From: Haliotis rubra
Lineage: Eukaryota
Length of the DNA stretch: 47,495 bases
NCBI RefSeq assembly: GCF_003918875.1
Contig: NW_025765324.1
Location: 152,041 to 199,535 of the forward strand
Reading direction: 5' to 3'
A program made the translations under genes and the position numbers. A model generated the notes under the pieces. The model made no database searches. It was not told where the DNA came from and saw nothing but the letters and a program-made list of their open reading frames with translations. This document shows positions 10,198-22,112 of this stretch, piece after piece. Every line of letters begins with the position of its first letter. The stretch's first letter is position 1.

Positions 10198-13100
10198 GTA
10201 TACATTGTATTTTTTTCTGTAGCCTGCTTTGGTTAGATGGAGCTACAGTTGGAATACTATGGGAAATTCACAATGTCATCCTGTCTGCACTGTAGCAAAG
10301 TTTATCCAAGAGCTGCAACTTTATTTTGTCAATTATTGATATGTATGTTGCATGATATGTCCTTGAAAAATATTTCAACAAGAAGAGAAACATCTGCTTT
10401 GTAAACACACTTGTTTGCAAAAAAAATCTAAAATATTATGTAATGTATAGCAGTTGAGAAAGACATTTTGAAATCACGCATCATTACTCATGGATCAAAA
10501 GTGTGGTATAGGTTGATGAACCTATGCTTTTGTCTGTACTTTATCTTCTATATTTTCAGTTAACCCGATTCCAAGATTGTCACAAGTTTCCCAGGTGTAG
10601 CTTGTAGGATGTCTTAGTACACTTAAAAAGAATACTGCAAAAGTAGTTGTTACTGAAAGTGCTTGCATGAGTTTGTACCAATAAGGAAATATTGAAACAT
10701 CTGAACTTCACCTGTTAAAAATATTAATTGTTGGCATGACCAATTCGGAATAAGTGTTTCATTCACATGCGGCAATACCGTTGTTCATTCTGTTTTTGGT
10801 AACTAAGAGACTACTTGGTATTGGTTTGTTTTCTGATAACGAAAGAAATTGAATCATGAACTGTAACTGTTATGTTACATTTCATACCATCACAAATTTG
10901 CTTGCATGACAAATACCTTTCAGAGCTGAAAAATGCGTAATGTTCAGTAATGGTATTTTAGAATGTAGTTTATTTTGTGTGGTGTGCAGTTTTCATGAGA
11001 GACAACAGCTAAACTCCATGCTCTTCCTGTGTTTTATATGATCCTCAGGATGCCAAGAAGTACTCAAAGGGAGACTACTCTGCCTGCGTCCAGGATAACT
11101 TGCAATAGACAGAGAAGCATTACTGATCATGCTGTGTATCGGTTTTCACATGTTAAGAATATCAACGGTGTATTGACGTTTCTAGGAATTCTGTGCATAT
11201 ATATATTTCCAGAAACCCAAAGGTGCTTTTCAGACTTAATAAATATACTTTGTGTGTATTTAAAATAACCAAAAAATGCTGGGCACATTTTCACATATTG
11301 AAATGTGTCAAAGACTGCTTTCTTCTCTGTCAACTGAATACTATGAATTGTTGTCCCCGTGACATATGCCTCTTTCTCTCCATGTATTTTCAGCGTCAGA
11401 AATATTGATGTAAGAAAATGGGGGACCTGAGAATTCCATCCACATGATAACTGCTGACTCATACTGAGTAGCGACTACATGCCGGAATCTACTGTCGATG
11501 GCCATCAGCATCATTTTCACTAAACATACAGCTTCTTTATGTTATCTAGTCACCAAACCTACAAAATTTCTGCACTAATTTGTCAAAAGTTTTTAAAAAC
11601 TAAACATGCATAATTAACATCACCTGATGCGTTATTAACAAATAAGTTGTTTTTGTGTTCCAAAAATGTTTGAAATCTTGAATATGATGAGAAATGAATG
11701 ATCAGTAGACATATATTATTAGGCAGCCCGAAATTGCGAAGTAGGCAGTGATCTAATGCTGTCCCTTTCTCTGTCTCTGTGTTTTCAACAGGAACGTGTG
11801 GACATTATACAGAGGCTGTCTCCGCGTGAAACATGTCTGATGAGCTGCAAGGCCATCCGATTGGCTATGAAACGGTTACATCAAGTACAATAACAAGTTG
11901 TCATTGTTAGGTTCTCAATTGGAAACCCTCATGGTTTACTGTGTATACTTGATGTTGAAAAATGGGGTACAAGTATTACTGCGAACAAAGTTTGTTGATA
12001 TGGTTGCTTGAACTAGTAAAATGTTTTGCAAGCACATTATCTTCAGGTTTCCTTAGTCTTAAATATATTGAATAAATAATACTGTAATTGAGGACATTTT
12101 AAGAAAGTTCTCACAATTTGTATTCAGTAATATTAAGTCGTGTGAAAATCCTTTAGCTTGTCTGTCACACACTTAAAATGTTCTCAGTTTCAGATACTAT
12201 TCATTGAGAGTTGACTACACGACTTCATCCTATGTGCAATCAACTAGATATTTTGTATTTGTAGAAGCGATTATTATTTTATTTTACAGATAAAAGATGA
12301 GTTTCTCAACTACCAACTGTGTTCTCATCCTTGCCCAAGCGTTTTTAAATGGGTGTTATGCAATGAGGCCACCTAACATATACCTTGCTACCTTAAGTAA
12401 CTTGTTGAGAATATTTTCTTTGTTTCTTAGTGCTCTGTGAGTGTACCTATGTTAGTTTACTGCTGGCATGTTGACTGTTGTGTGTATACACATGGACGGA
12501 AAGGCATGACATTTTGTATTATCTTGAAGTGATAATGGTTTTTGTGGCATAAGACATTTCAATTCAGTAGGAGGTTTTTCCAATCTTACTATCTGCAAGA
12601 TCAAGGTCTCTATTGATTCTATAGGAGTTAGGTAACTAGGCTTGCTGTTGTTTCTTTAGGGGTTATTCTGGAGAAATTTATTGTGGAACTTTTGGTCTGA
12701 GGATTTTGTGGTATTCACTTGTCACAAGTAGTATTTCAGATCAGTCTGGTCCATTTTTTATTTCAGTTGCATTTATTCTTGAAGTGTATGCTCATTAAGT
12801 ATGTAAAACCTTGTGATCCATGTTTCTAGTACATGGTGCGGTCACCCTGCAAAATGCAAATGTTCAGGCTAATGATAGTGAGTGCTGTGTAATGAGAAAG
12901 GGAATTCAAAGTTGGTGGTAGTTGTGGCATTAGTGGTGCAGCTACACAATGTTTCAAGTCAGGACCCAGGTAGCATTTGTGACAATATTGGCAGATTGAA
13001 TTTTGTCACTGATTTGTATCAAAGTTAGGTTAGTGGCAGAGTTTTTACTCTGTGTGTTGAGAATCTGTAGGTGTTACACGAGTTGTGCTGGTTCCTTTGG

Positions 13101-13717
13101 GGCTGTAGGCCCTTGAATGCCAAACTCTTGTTTTCTGTTCCAGGCGAGACGTTCAGTTCCAGATGATGTGCAATGCAGCTGGAAGACTCCTATTTGCCAA
13201 TTACTAATGATTTCTTTCTCTTCTGTTTCTATGTTTTTCATACTGGTTTAGAAGCACTAAGTGTCGTCACCTATGAGCCAGGTTAATGACAGCTTCTGTC
13301 CCTGAGCAGGTCCCTCAGCCCACTAGTAGGGCAAAAACAGAGGCCTAACATACACAACGTTAACTGCGGTAAACATGTTTATGTGAAGTACAGCCTTTTC
13401 ATCAAATTGTCACTTGTTTCTGGGTTTTAACCTTGTCTACCTCTTATTCCTTGGTTGTGTCAGGAAGCCATCTTGTCTGTCTTTACACATAGCATTCAAC
13501 TTTGCTGCTCATGGGCTTTCAAATTGTGAAACGGGACTTGATTTGAGAATTTGGGTGTAGCGGATCGGGTGAGATTTGGTTTTAGTATGAAGATATTATT
13601 AGTCGTGATGAGTTTCAAATTTCTGCTGGAATATATGAAGCCAGGTTTGTTGGTAAGACAGACAAAGATAGGCTTTAAGTTGTTGACCTTGACTTATTAG
13701 TATACTTATTGCCACAG

Positions 13718-13920
13718 ATGATGATGAGCTGTTTGCTCCTCAAGCAGACCAGACAGGTACTGTTCTGGAGGGTCCGGGTGCGAAGAGGGAGATGAAACCA
13801 TTCACCCTGCCAAAATTAGGATCCACACAACAAGATTCCATAGCAAGAGCCAAGAAGTATGCAATGGAGCAAAGCATTAAGAGTGTTCTTGTCAAACAGA
13901 CAATAGCTCATCAACAACAG
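13718..13920 (+). CDS. PUF60: PUF60 exon 3 ([68 protein letters not shown])
   Basis: [23 protein letters not shown] is essentially identical to the human PUF60 N-terminal region. The acceptor is CCACAG|AT and the donor is CAG|GTAAGA. Confidence 0.85.
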
Positions 13921-14194
13921 GTAAGAAGCTGCTTCCTTTAGCTCTTGTTTTGAGTTCAGGAATAAAGCTAACAAGTTGTATCTCATACATCAGAAGGATG
14001 TCAGGGAAGAATAAGTCCCCAGTTACCTCATAAGAAGCGACTGACAGGATGTTTGTGCAGGTTGGCTGACTTGGATTAATCGATGCAATATTTTCACATT
14101 TGCATGGATGGTTGCTCATCGATGTCCAGACGATACATACAAAGGCAGTATTCCTGAATTTTGCAGTGTTAATTAACAGCATTGTTATCCCCTG

Positions 14195-14930
14195 CCACAC
14201 GTTTAGCGCGAAGGGGGGGATATAGTATTAGGCTCCGTCCGTCCGTATGTACGTACAAATTGGAATATCTTAAGAACCGTTGACTGGATTCTTTTCATAT
14301 TTGGTACCTAGGTTCATCACAGTAAAAGAAAGGCCCAAGTCAGGTTTGGTGACCTTGACTTTCATTTCAAGGTCACAAGGGGACTTTAACGTTTTAGCTT
14401 TGTCAGCGAGATATCTCAAGAACTGTTCACTGGATTTTCTTCATATTTAACACCGAGCTTTTTCTAAGGAAGGCGCAGGGCCCAGTCGATTTTGGTTACC
14501 TTCACCTAATTTTCAAGGTCATGGCGAAACTTTGAAGATTTCAACATGTTAACCTGCATGTTAAGCTTGTCAGCGAGATAGCCAAGAACCGTTCACTGGA
14601 TTTTCTTCATATTTGACATCAAGCTTCATCGAGTGAAGGTGCAGGGCCCAGTCGATTTTAGTGACCTTCACATAATTTTCAAGGTCACGGCAACACTTTG
14701 AAGATTTCAGCATGTTAAGATTGTCAGCGAGATATCTCAAGAACCATTCACTGGACTTTCTTCATATTTGACACCAAGCTTCATCTGGGGAAGGTGCAAG
14801 GCCCAGTCAACTTTGGTGACCTTCACATAATTTTCAAGGTCACGGCAACACTTTGAAGATTTCTGCATGTTTAATTGTCAGCGAAATATCTCAAGAACAG
14901 TTCACTGGATTTCTTCATAGACTTTCAAGA
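14195..14930. repeat. Hairpin-headed non-autonomous element carrying about 4.5 tandem copies of a roughly 150-155-bp satellite unit (array from about 14262). It lies in PUF60 intron 3.
   Basis: The head is CCCCTGCCACACGTTTAGCGCGAAGGGGGGGATATAGTATTAGGCTCCGTCCGTCCGT. It is followed by repeated units of the form ...GTCAGCGAGATATCTCAAGAACCGTTCACTGGATTTTCTTCATATTTGACACCAAGCTTCATC...GAAGGTGCAGGGCCCAGTCGATTTTGGTGACCTTCACATAATTTTCAAGGTCACGGCAACACTTTGAAGATTTCAGCATGTTAAGATT. Confidence 0.85.
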
Positions 14931-15416
14931 CTTCCCTTGAATGTTTTTCAATAAGCAATTTCTTTATTACTATACTATTTTTTTTTTCATATTTCGTACA
15001 CTAAGACATTCATGTCAAGGTCAAAGTGAGTCTTGAAAATATTTGTGCATTTGAACAACTACAGAGCAAGATATCAAGAGAGGTTGACTGGTCATGTTTT
15101 TGTTGACATTTAACTTCATCTTAAATTACGACCTTCACTTTCGTTACTTATTAAGTTTGATTTGATATGTTTGAGGGATTATGTCACCTTAGTGACAATG
15201 GTTGTTTATCATAACAATCGAAGTCGTGACATGTGGAATGAATGATTTTGTTCGATCATGCTTTTGGCTGCTCTGACACAATAGTTATCATTTCCAGGGA
15301 ATGTTGCTTTGAAACATGAAGAGTAATAGCAAGCTGCTGTATGTCATTTTAATATAGTTCAATATTAATGACCTTTCAATGTTCAATTTTTTTACTGTGT
15401 TCAATTTTGTTTTCAG

Positions 15417-15475
15417 CAAATGCAGAATTTCCAGAACACTGTTCAAAGACAACAAGCTTTAGCACTTATGTGCAG
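15417..15475 (+). CDS. PUF60: PUF60 exon 4 (QMQNFQNTVQRQQALALMC, ending in phase 2)
   Basis: QRQQALALMCR matches human QRQQALAIMCR. The acceptor is TTTCAG and the donor is CAG|GTATGA. Confidence 0.8.
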
Positions 15476-15764
15476 GTATGACTTTTCTCCACTACAGTAC
15501 AAAGTTTGCTACAGTACAAAAAGTCATTTACTCTGAAGTGAGGATGTGTTAATTTTGTCTTTCAGGATTCATATTCATATTTGTAGGTAATATTCTAGCC
15601 AGTTCTTGAAGTTGCACCTTCATCGGAAGTCCAAACTTTGAATCCATACACTTTTTTCGCTTTGTTTGATAAAAAGATTTAAGGCCACAACCAAGGATAG
15701 GGGATTTATTTGTGTCATGCATGTAAAACTGGAACAAGCCTTAACATATATCATCTTTTTGCAG

Positions 15765-15978
15765 GATTTACGTTGGCAGCATTAACTTCGAGATAAAAGA
15801 AGACACCATCAAGCAAGCTTTTCTTCCATTCGGCCCCATCAAAAGCGTCAATCTGTCATGGGACCCTATCACAAACAAACACAAGGGATTCGCATTTATC
15901 GAATACGACGTTCCAGAAGCGGCCCAACTAGCCTTAGAGCAGATGAATGGCGTTATGATTGGAGGCCGCAACATCAAG
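15765..15978 (+). CDS. PUF60: PUF60 exon 5, encoding RRM1 ([72 protein letters not shown])
   Basis: The RNP2 motif (IYVGSI) and RNP1 motif (KGFAFIEY) are visible, and the peptide is collinear with human PUF60 RRM1. The acceptor is TTTTTGCAG|G and the donor is AAG|GTGGCT. Confidence 0.85.
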
Positions 15979-17388
15979 GTGGCTTGATATTTGACCGTGA
16001 TACTTTATATTCTCTTAGAAGGACATACCCTATGGTTTAGTTTGGCACTTTGATGAAATCATTTCATGCGTTTGCACATCAGATCTGGACTAAGTGAAGT
16101 CAAATGTAGACCAGTGTAATTTTTAACCTCTTGTGATTGTTATCTTGAGGCTCAGTTATCTTTTGGAGAAATGATTTGCAAACACATGATGTAGTCACAC
16201 AAAGAAGCAGATTTCTAAATTCATTGACATGTAGTTTTGTTGCTTTTTGAATTTATGAGGCGCTTATGAGTTTACAAATATAAAGCTTGGTTTTGTGAAG
16301 AATGGAAATCGAGTAAGTATATTGATACATATGTAAACATCCTGCATTCCCACAGACATTATTTATAAAGGTTTGTCATTATTTTTAGAATAGTTTGATT
16401 AATCTGCATCTTTGTACCTGCTTTCAAGACCATCAAAATGATGAAATATTTACAAAGAACTTGACAAATGATCACTGTTTCTTATACACATCTTTTGTAT
16501 GTTCTTTCAATTTTGATAAGAGAAAAAACGTGTCTTGAAGGCCACCTTTCTGGGTATGTCCTCTTAAGGTGAATAATTCAACCAAACAATTATGATTATT
16601 TTGTTATATCACTATCCAGCTGATTCTTCACTAGACTGTTCTTTTGTGTTTTCTTACCCATAGTTCTGACAAGTAAAATGATAGAAAAATGAAATATTTT
16701 GAAGGACTATTTTTGGTTCTATAATCACAATGTATGCTAATCTACCATAAACCATGCTCTCGAATTTATTATCTTTACATGCGATAATATTAGACCTGAA
16801 GCTGTCCAAAGACCGAAGAGCGCCAAGAGATTTGGCTGAAGGGAGGTAACTCTATGTATTAGCCAGCTGACACTTGTGGGTGGAATGCCCTGGGTGTAGT
16901 GTTTCAGACAAAAAACATTTGTACATACAGGTTTTCTATTATAAAACAAAAAAAGACAACTTAAAACAAGAATTAGTTCATTGTAGAGCTTGTTTTTACT
17001 AATTACTTGTGTTGATATAGCCTCCCGAAAAATATTATTTATCTTCAGGGTTTTCTAAGTGATACCCTGGTACATGTTTCAGTTTAGTAATGCAAGTATA
17101 TTAAACAATTAATTTTTGCAGTATCAGATGTTAAGACAGAAATACCATGTTTTCATTCATTCAGTCACTCATCATGAACATAAATGTTTTCTCTACAACA
17201 GAGTTGGTATTGCAGTAGGATGCTCTCCTAGCCTTTGTCCATTTGATGTTTGCACACCGTCATGATGCATAACCATTTTAAATGCTTAACTAATAAGTTG
17301 TTTATTACACTGTTTTGTTGTTGGAAGGTGTGTACCTTCAGTTAAGGATGCTTTGATGCTAATAGTTATTTTGTGTACATTGTTTCAG

Positions 17389-17516
17389 GTGGGACGCCCC
17401 AGCAATATGCCACAAGCTCAACCAATCATTGAACAGTTAGCAGCAGAAGCCAAGAATTATAATAGGATATATGTAGCATCAATACACAGTGATTTATCCG
17501 AATCTGACATCCAAAG
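17389..17516 (+). CDS. PUF60: PUF60 exon 6 ([42 protein letters not shown], ending in phase 2)
   Basis: This matches human [42 protein letters not shown]. The acceptor is TTTCAG and the donor is AAAG|GTAGGT. Confidence 0.85.
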
Positions 17517-18073
17517 GTAGGTTGTTTGCAGAACACTGATGATATTGCAGGTTTGATAAATTTCTCCTATATTGCTGCATGGTGATAGGTTTTACTTTCA
17601 ACTTTTATGTATGATGCAGTTATGAAATCTTATGGTTCAGAACTGGAGTTTGCTGTATGGGTTGTAGATTTTAGACGTTGAATCAAGGATATTCATTGTT
17701 ATGGCTGCTGTGTAATACTTTGTGTGTAATAACGTACATGATAACTTAGTGTGAGAAACTATATAAAAGCAATGTCCATCAACTTTTATTGAAGTAGGTC
17801 CCACCCACTATTCAATGGCATGATGCTTTTCTCCATGTCAGAAAAAATTACCAATTTTTTACATCAGACTGAAGTATTTTAACTAATTTGTTTCACTGAA
17901 TTGTCCTGCCAAATTTTTTTCCGCATATGTTTTTTTTGTGTTTTTTTTTAAAAGTGACACTTGTCTAGATGGTCTGTTTTTGATCTGTGAGAAAATTGAC
18001 GGAATCTTGCAACATTGCTGATGAGAGATGAGATGAGAGAATGTTAAGATTTAATTGCCTGTTTGTGTTCCAG

Positions 18074-18145
18074 TGTATTTGAAGCTTTTGGTCGTATTCA
18101 ATCATGTAAACTAGCCCTAGATGGATCCAAACCAGGAAAACACAA
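18074..18145 (+). CDS. PUF60: PUF60 exon 7 (SVFEAFGRIQSCKLALDGSKPGKHK)
   Basis: This matches human [24 protein letters not shown]. The acceptor is GTTCCAG and the donor is CAA|GTGAGT. Confidence 0.85.
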
Positions 18146-18393
18146 GTGAGTATCAAATTTTTATTCTGGGAGGCGAAATATTTTGTTGCGAGGAGAACAT
18201 ATACACACTTTTTATGACACTACTCTAATAGTTTTGTTTTTTGGAAGGCAGCATTTCTTGGTATGCAGAAATGGTTTGTTAAAGTATTGAAACAGTCAAA
18301 AAAAATTAGATCACATGGAAATCTTGAATGATATGCTTGCATACTGCACTATTTTCACAGAAACCTGTATTTATTCAATTCTGTCTTTGTCAG

Positions 18394-18496
18394 AGGTTAC
18401 GGCTTCATCGAGTATGACACCCCCCAAGCAGCTCAAGATGCAGTTTCCTCCATGAATTTATTTGATCTTGGTGGCCAGTTTCTCCGAGTTGGCAGG
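18394..18496 (+). CDS. PUF60: PUF60 exon 8, RNP1 of RRM2 ([34 protein letters not shown])
   Basis: This matches human [34 protein letters not shown]. The acceptor is TTTGTCAG and the donor is CAGG|GTAAGA. Confidence 0.85.
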
Positions 18497-18661
18497 GTAA
18501 GACATGTAATTTTAAGTCTTGTTAAATGTTTCTAAAAGAAACAGTTGATGGTGTTGTGATATTTTTATTAAGTGATGAGTCTTTGGTTTTGAAAGATGAG
18601 TCAAATTTTAAAGAAGTGTTATGTTTGGTTCAGGCCATCACTCCCCCCAGATGCACTACAG

Positions 18662-18766
18662 GCACCGTCAGGCCCAGGAAGCATGCCCACTGCTGCTGCT
18701 GTTGCAGCTGCAGCTGTCACAGCGAAGATCACAGCATTAGATGCACAGCAGGCTGCTGTTAACCTG
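18662..18766 (+). CDS. PUF60: PUF60 exon 9 (APSGPGSMPTAAAVAAAAVTAKITALDAQQAAVNL). The acceptor may instead be at 18626 if a homopolymer error is assumed (see findings).
   Basis: The in-phase acceptor is CTACAG|GCA and the donor is CCTG|GTAAGT. AAAVAAAAVTAKITA matches human AAAVAAAAATAKITA. Confidence 0.7.
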
Positions 18767-18879
18767 GTAAGTTGTCTTTGTCTAGTCTTTGAAGCCAGCT
18801 TTCCTGGGAACTTTGCTCTTTACAGGTTTTGGTATAATGGTTGAGCTTTAAATAGTTATTTCAAGGAACGTATTGGCAT

Positions 18880-19600
18880 TTTTATCCCCCGCAAAGCGTT
18901 TTGCGGGGGGTATTAAAATGGACTCCGTCCGTGCACATTTGTCTTTTCCGGAGCATAACTCTAGAACCGTTCAATGTTTCTTCACCAAACTTGGCACATA
19001 GATAGATCTGGTGGTGAACTGGTGCCTTTTGGTAGTTTTGGAATTCTGAATAAAATATTTTTGGCGTTTCCATGGCAACAAGTTTGACTTAGCCTGAAAT
19101 TGGTGGTAGGACTCTTTTCCGGAGCAGTACTCTGAAACCGTTAAATGTTTCTTCACCAAACTTGGCACAAAGATAGATCTGGTGGTGAACTGGTGCCTTT
19201 TGGTAGTTTTGAAATTCTGAATAAAATATTTTTGGCGTTTCCATGGCAACAAGTTTGACTTAGACTGAAATTGGTGGTTGTGCTCTTTTCCGCAGCAGAA
19301 CTCTAAAACTGCTCACCATTTCTTCACCAAACTTGGCACATAGATAGATCTGGTGGTGTATTTGTGCCTTTTGGTAGTTTTGGAATTCTGAATAAAATAT
19401 TTTTGCCATTTCCATTGCAACAAGTTTGACTTAGCCTGAAATTGGTGATAGTGCTGCTTTCTGGAGCAGAACTTTAGAAACCTTTCAATACTCTCCTTCC
19501 ACCTTTCTATATACACACCTAAATATTTGACATAATCATAACTCGTAGACATAATCATGAAGCGTATTTTGCCATTGCGGGGGATATTGATGACTTTGTC
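18880..19600. mobile_element. Non-autonomous element with a perfect GC-rich hairpin head (TCCCCCCGCAAAGCGTTTTGCGGGGGGTA), three tandem 178-bp units (18935-19470) and a head-like tail (GCGTATTTTGCCATTGCGGGGGATATTGA). It lies in PUF60 intron 9.
   Basis: The palindrome and the repeats are read directly. The unit is ...TTTTCCGGAGCA(t/g)AACTCTAGAACCGTTCAATGTTTCTTCACCAAACTTGGCACATAGATAGATCTGGTGGTGAACTGGTGCCTTTTGGTAGTTTTGGAATTCTGAATAAAATATTTTTGGCGTTTCCATGGCAACAAGTTTGACTTAGCCTGAAATTGGTGGT.... A related 1.3-unit copy lies at 23440-23630. Confidence 0.8.
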
Positions 19601-19699
19601 TTCTTGTTAATGATATATTGTAGCATCATTATGAAACAGGATCACTGCTTGTCAAGGTAGTACTAAGCTGTTTTAATTTTTCTTTCTCATGTCTTCCAG

Positions 19700-19925
19700 G
19701 CTCCACCAGGTCTAGCCATGCCCACAACACTAGGTAATGGAGTGGGGTCACCTGATGTGAATAGAAGTGGTGTGATACCCCCAGCTGGACTGGCCATGCC
19801 AACTGTTTTGGGACAGGCTCCAGTTTTGTCTGCTCCCTCACAAATTGCTGCACCCAATGTTATCAGTATGCCCTCCGTTGCTAGTATTCCTGCTCCACCA
19901 CCACCAGCACCAAGTAATCCTCATG
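19700..19925 (+). CDS. PUF60: PUF60 exon 10 (proline/alanine-rich linker APPGLAMPTTLGNGVGSPDVNRSGVIPPAGLAMPTVLGQAPVLSAPSQIAAPNVISMPSVASIPAPPPPAPSNPH)
   Basis: This is a low-complexity linker in the same position as in the human protein. The acceptor is TCTTCCAG and the donor is CATG|GTAAGT. The phase is consistent with the neighbouring exons. Confidence 0.75.
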
Positions 19926-20051
19926 GTAAGTTGTTGACAACTGGAGTGTTTGTTAGCTCGATTACTCACTGGCCACCGTCATAAAACTGTAAAATTGCTA
20001 AGTGGCATTATACAACAAACAGGCCTTGTACAATATTGCCCAACTATGAAA

Positions 20052-20403
20052 CGGTTTTGGTGTAGTGGTTAGAGCGTCCGCCCGGAGAGCGGAAGGTTGC
20101 GGGTTTGATCCCCGGCCGCTTCATACGAAAGGCATTAAAATATGGTACTTGTTGGTCCCTCCCTGGCGCTCGGCATTAATGGGTACATAAAGGACTGGTC
20201 GGCTCGGGAGTCAGTATAATGTGTTTGAGTGGGGTATTCATGCTTCACTGCGACATGGTATCTCAGTGGGCTAGCACTATAAAACCAGCTTCAGTCTGGG
20301 CTAGTACAAGCAGCCGCACATACACATACACACGCATGCACGTCGTCATATGAGCGCAATATTCTCAAGCACGACGTTAAACCCAATTTCACCTCACCTC
20401 ACA
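20052..20403 (+). mobile_element. Second tRNA-derived SINE family, about 352 bp, flanked by an 11-bp TSD CAACTATGAAA (20041-20051 / 20404-20414). It lies in PUF60 intron 10.
   Basis: It has a tRNA-like head GGTGTAGTGGTTAGAGCGTCCGCC...GCGGGTTTGATCCCCGGCCG with A- and B-boxes. The body contains a CA/ACAT microsatellite-like segment and a 3' CACCTCACCTCACA. Direct repeats of flanking sequence are present. Confidence 0.75.
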
Positions 20404-20857
20404 CAACTATGAAAATTAATGGATTGGTTATAAATGTAATAACTGATTGGTTGTCGTACCTTGATCACACTATGGGCCAGTCTTGCATACCTACATAGCA
20501 TGGAATTTGTTGAAATTGTGGGGACTTTCAGAGAAAAGTGTTTCGTCTCATTCTAGTCACTGAAAAACTTATAAAAATGCAGGTTAGAATTAGTCCTGAG
20601 CAACCCATTTGACACAAAGAGTCAACTAATTATGTTTTCCAATTGCGTATATGGATCATTTGATTGTCTGGTCAAGCATTTATTATACAACAAGAATATT
20701 GCTGAGTGTGGCATTAAACAACAAAGGTTATCATAAAGTTGGGGAGAGTAGGTTGTTGATGGTCTCTGCCTCGGATGCATTCCTTGTGCAGCAAACACCT
20801 GCTCTTGGTTTCATTTGGGAGAAGTGTGTATGATTGGTATCTTCCTTTGTTTTCCAG

Positions 20858-21054
20858 CTACAGCAGCATCTGTTGCGTCAGCATTGTCAGCAATGGCACC
20901 GGATGGGAAGGATACAAAGAATGGGAAGAAGGATGGAAAGCAGAATAAGTTGGATGATGAATCGAGTCAGAGTCTTGCTCAGCAAGAGAACATGAAGATC
21001 AGTGGCAGTAACGCCAGGCATATGGTCATGCAAAAACTGATGAGGGCACCTCAG
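20858..21054 (+). CDS. PUF60: PUF60 exon 11 (ATAASVASALSAMAPDGKDTKNGKKDGKQNKLDDESSQSLAQQENMKISGSNARHMVMQKLMRAPQ)
   Basis: MKISGSNARHMVMQKLMR matches human MSISGSSARHMVMQKLLR. The acceptor is TTTTCCAG and the donor is TCAG|GTACGC. Confidence 0.85.
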
Positions 21055-21234
21055 GTACGCCTACATGTCATCCTGGCTGTAGTTAAAATAACTTTGTATC
21101 TTCTCTCAAGCAAATTGAAACGAACACAATGAGCGTTCTTTAGTTGTTTTGAAGAACAGGTAAAGAATCTTTGCTCAGAATACCTTCTTGTTTTGTAAGC
21201 TAAAGTGAAAGATTATAAGGGGTTTATCTTTGAC

Positions 21235-21292
21235 CGCCGTGATGTTGCTGGAATATTGCTAAAAGCAGCGTAAAACCAAACCCAGTCAGTCA
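21235..21292 (+). mobile_element. 3' fragment of the family-1 SINE, flanked by a 14-bp direct repeat GTTTATCTTTGACC (21221-21234 / 21293-21306). It lies in PUF60 intron 11.
   Basis: CGCCGTGATGTTGCTGGAATATTGCTAAAAGCAGCGTAAAACCAAACCCAGTCAGTCAG is the SINE 3' body and tail. The flanking duplication is identical on both sides. Confidence 0.7.
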
Positions 21293-21414
21293 GTTTATCT
21301 TTGACCCATGGAGTTAGCAGTATTTTGTACTGTTGCATTAATAAAAGGTTCAAGGCTTATGTTGAACGAGTACAAGTTGTACTGATGGTGTTACTAATAA
21401 TTATGTATTTGCAG

Positions 21415-21604
21415 GCACGTGTGATGGTGCTTAGGAACATGGTTGGCCCTGAAGACCTTGATGACGAGCTGGAGACTGAAGTGACGGAGGAGTGTGGCAA
21501 GTTTGGGGTTGTTAACCGAGTTATCATCTATCAGGAGAAACAGAGTGAAGAGGAGGATGCTGAGATTGTTGTCAAGATATTTGTGGAATTCACTGCTCAG
21601 GATG
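21415..21604 (+). CDS. PUF60: PUF60 exon 12, UHM domain part 1 ([64 protein letters not shown])
   Basis: This is nearly identical to human [59 protein letters not shown]. The acceptor is TTTGCAG and the donor is GATG|GTAAGA. Confidence 0.9.
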
Positions 21605-22112
21605 GTAAGATTTTCAATGAAGTGTAAAAAGAATTCAGATTATTTGGAATGTCATAAAACAGAAACATTGAAAAAGAAAAATAGACACTTTTTTTAAATG
21701 AAATAACTGCTGGCCCCTTAAGGATCTATCGATTTTTCCATCCAGTGCGGTTACATGCACTACAGATTTCATTTACGCTGTTGGAACCCCATGGAGTAAA
21801 TGTAGTAGACTATTGAGGGTCAACCCTCCACTTCTGTGAGAAATTTTTATGAATTAGGGTTTTAATGAAATAAATCTGATTCATTGTAAAACATTTGTAA
21901 CTGAACTGAATTGTCACAGACAAATGTTGCCAAATTTGAAATGCATAAATTTCCTATACATTTATCTGTAAACCCATGTGCACCAACTTTTTACAGAACT
22001 ATTACCAATGGAATTTAGAAAAATGGTAGCTATGCAAATTATGGAAAGTCACCAGTACATGTATTTATGAGCCTTAGATGATAATCAGCCACTGAAATAT
22101 TGTTTGTTTCAG

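Noticed and set aside
11029-11462. Clustered small ORFs in PUF60 intron 2 as an embedded gene
   Set aside because: They overlap on both strands, are AT-rich and have no motifs. The conserved PUF60 exon chain skips this region cleanly.
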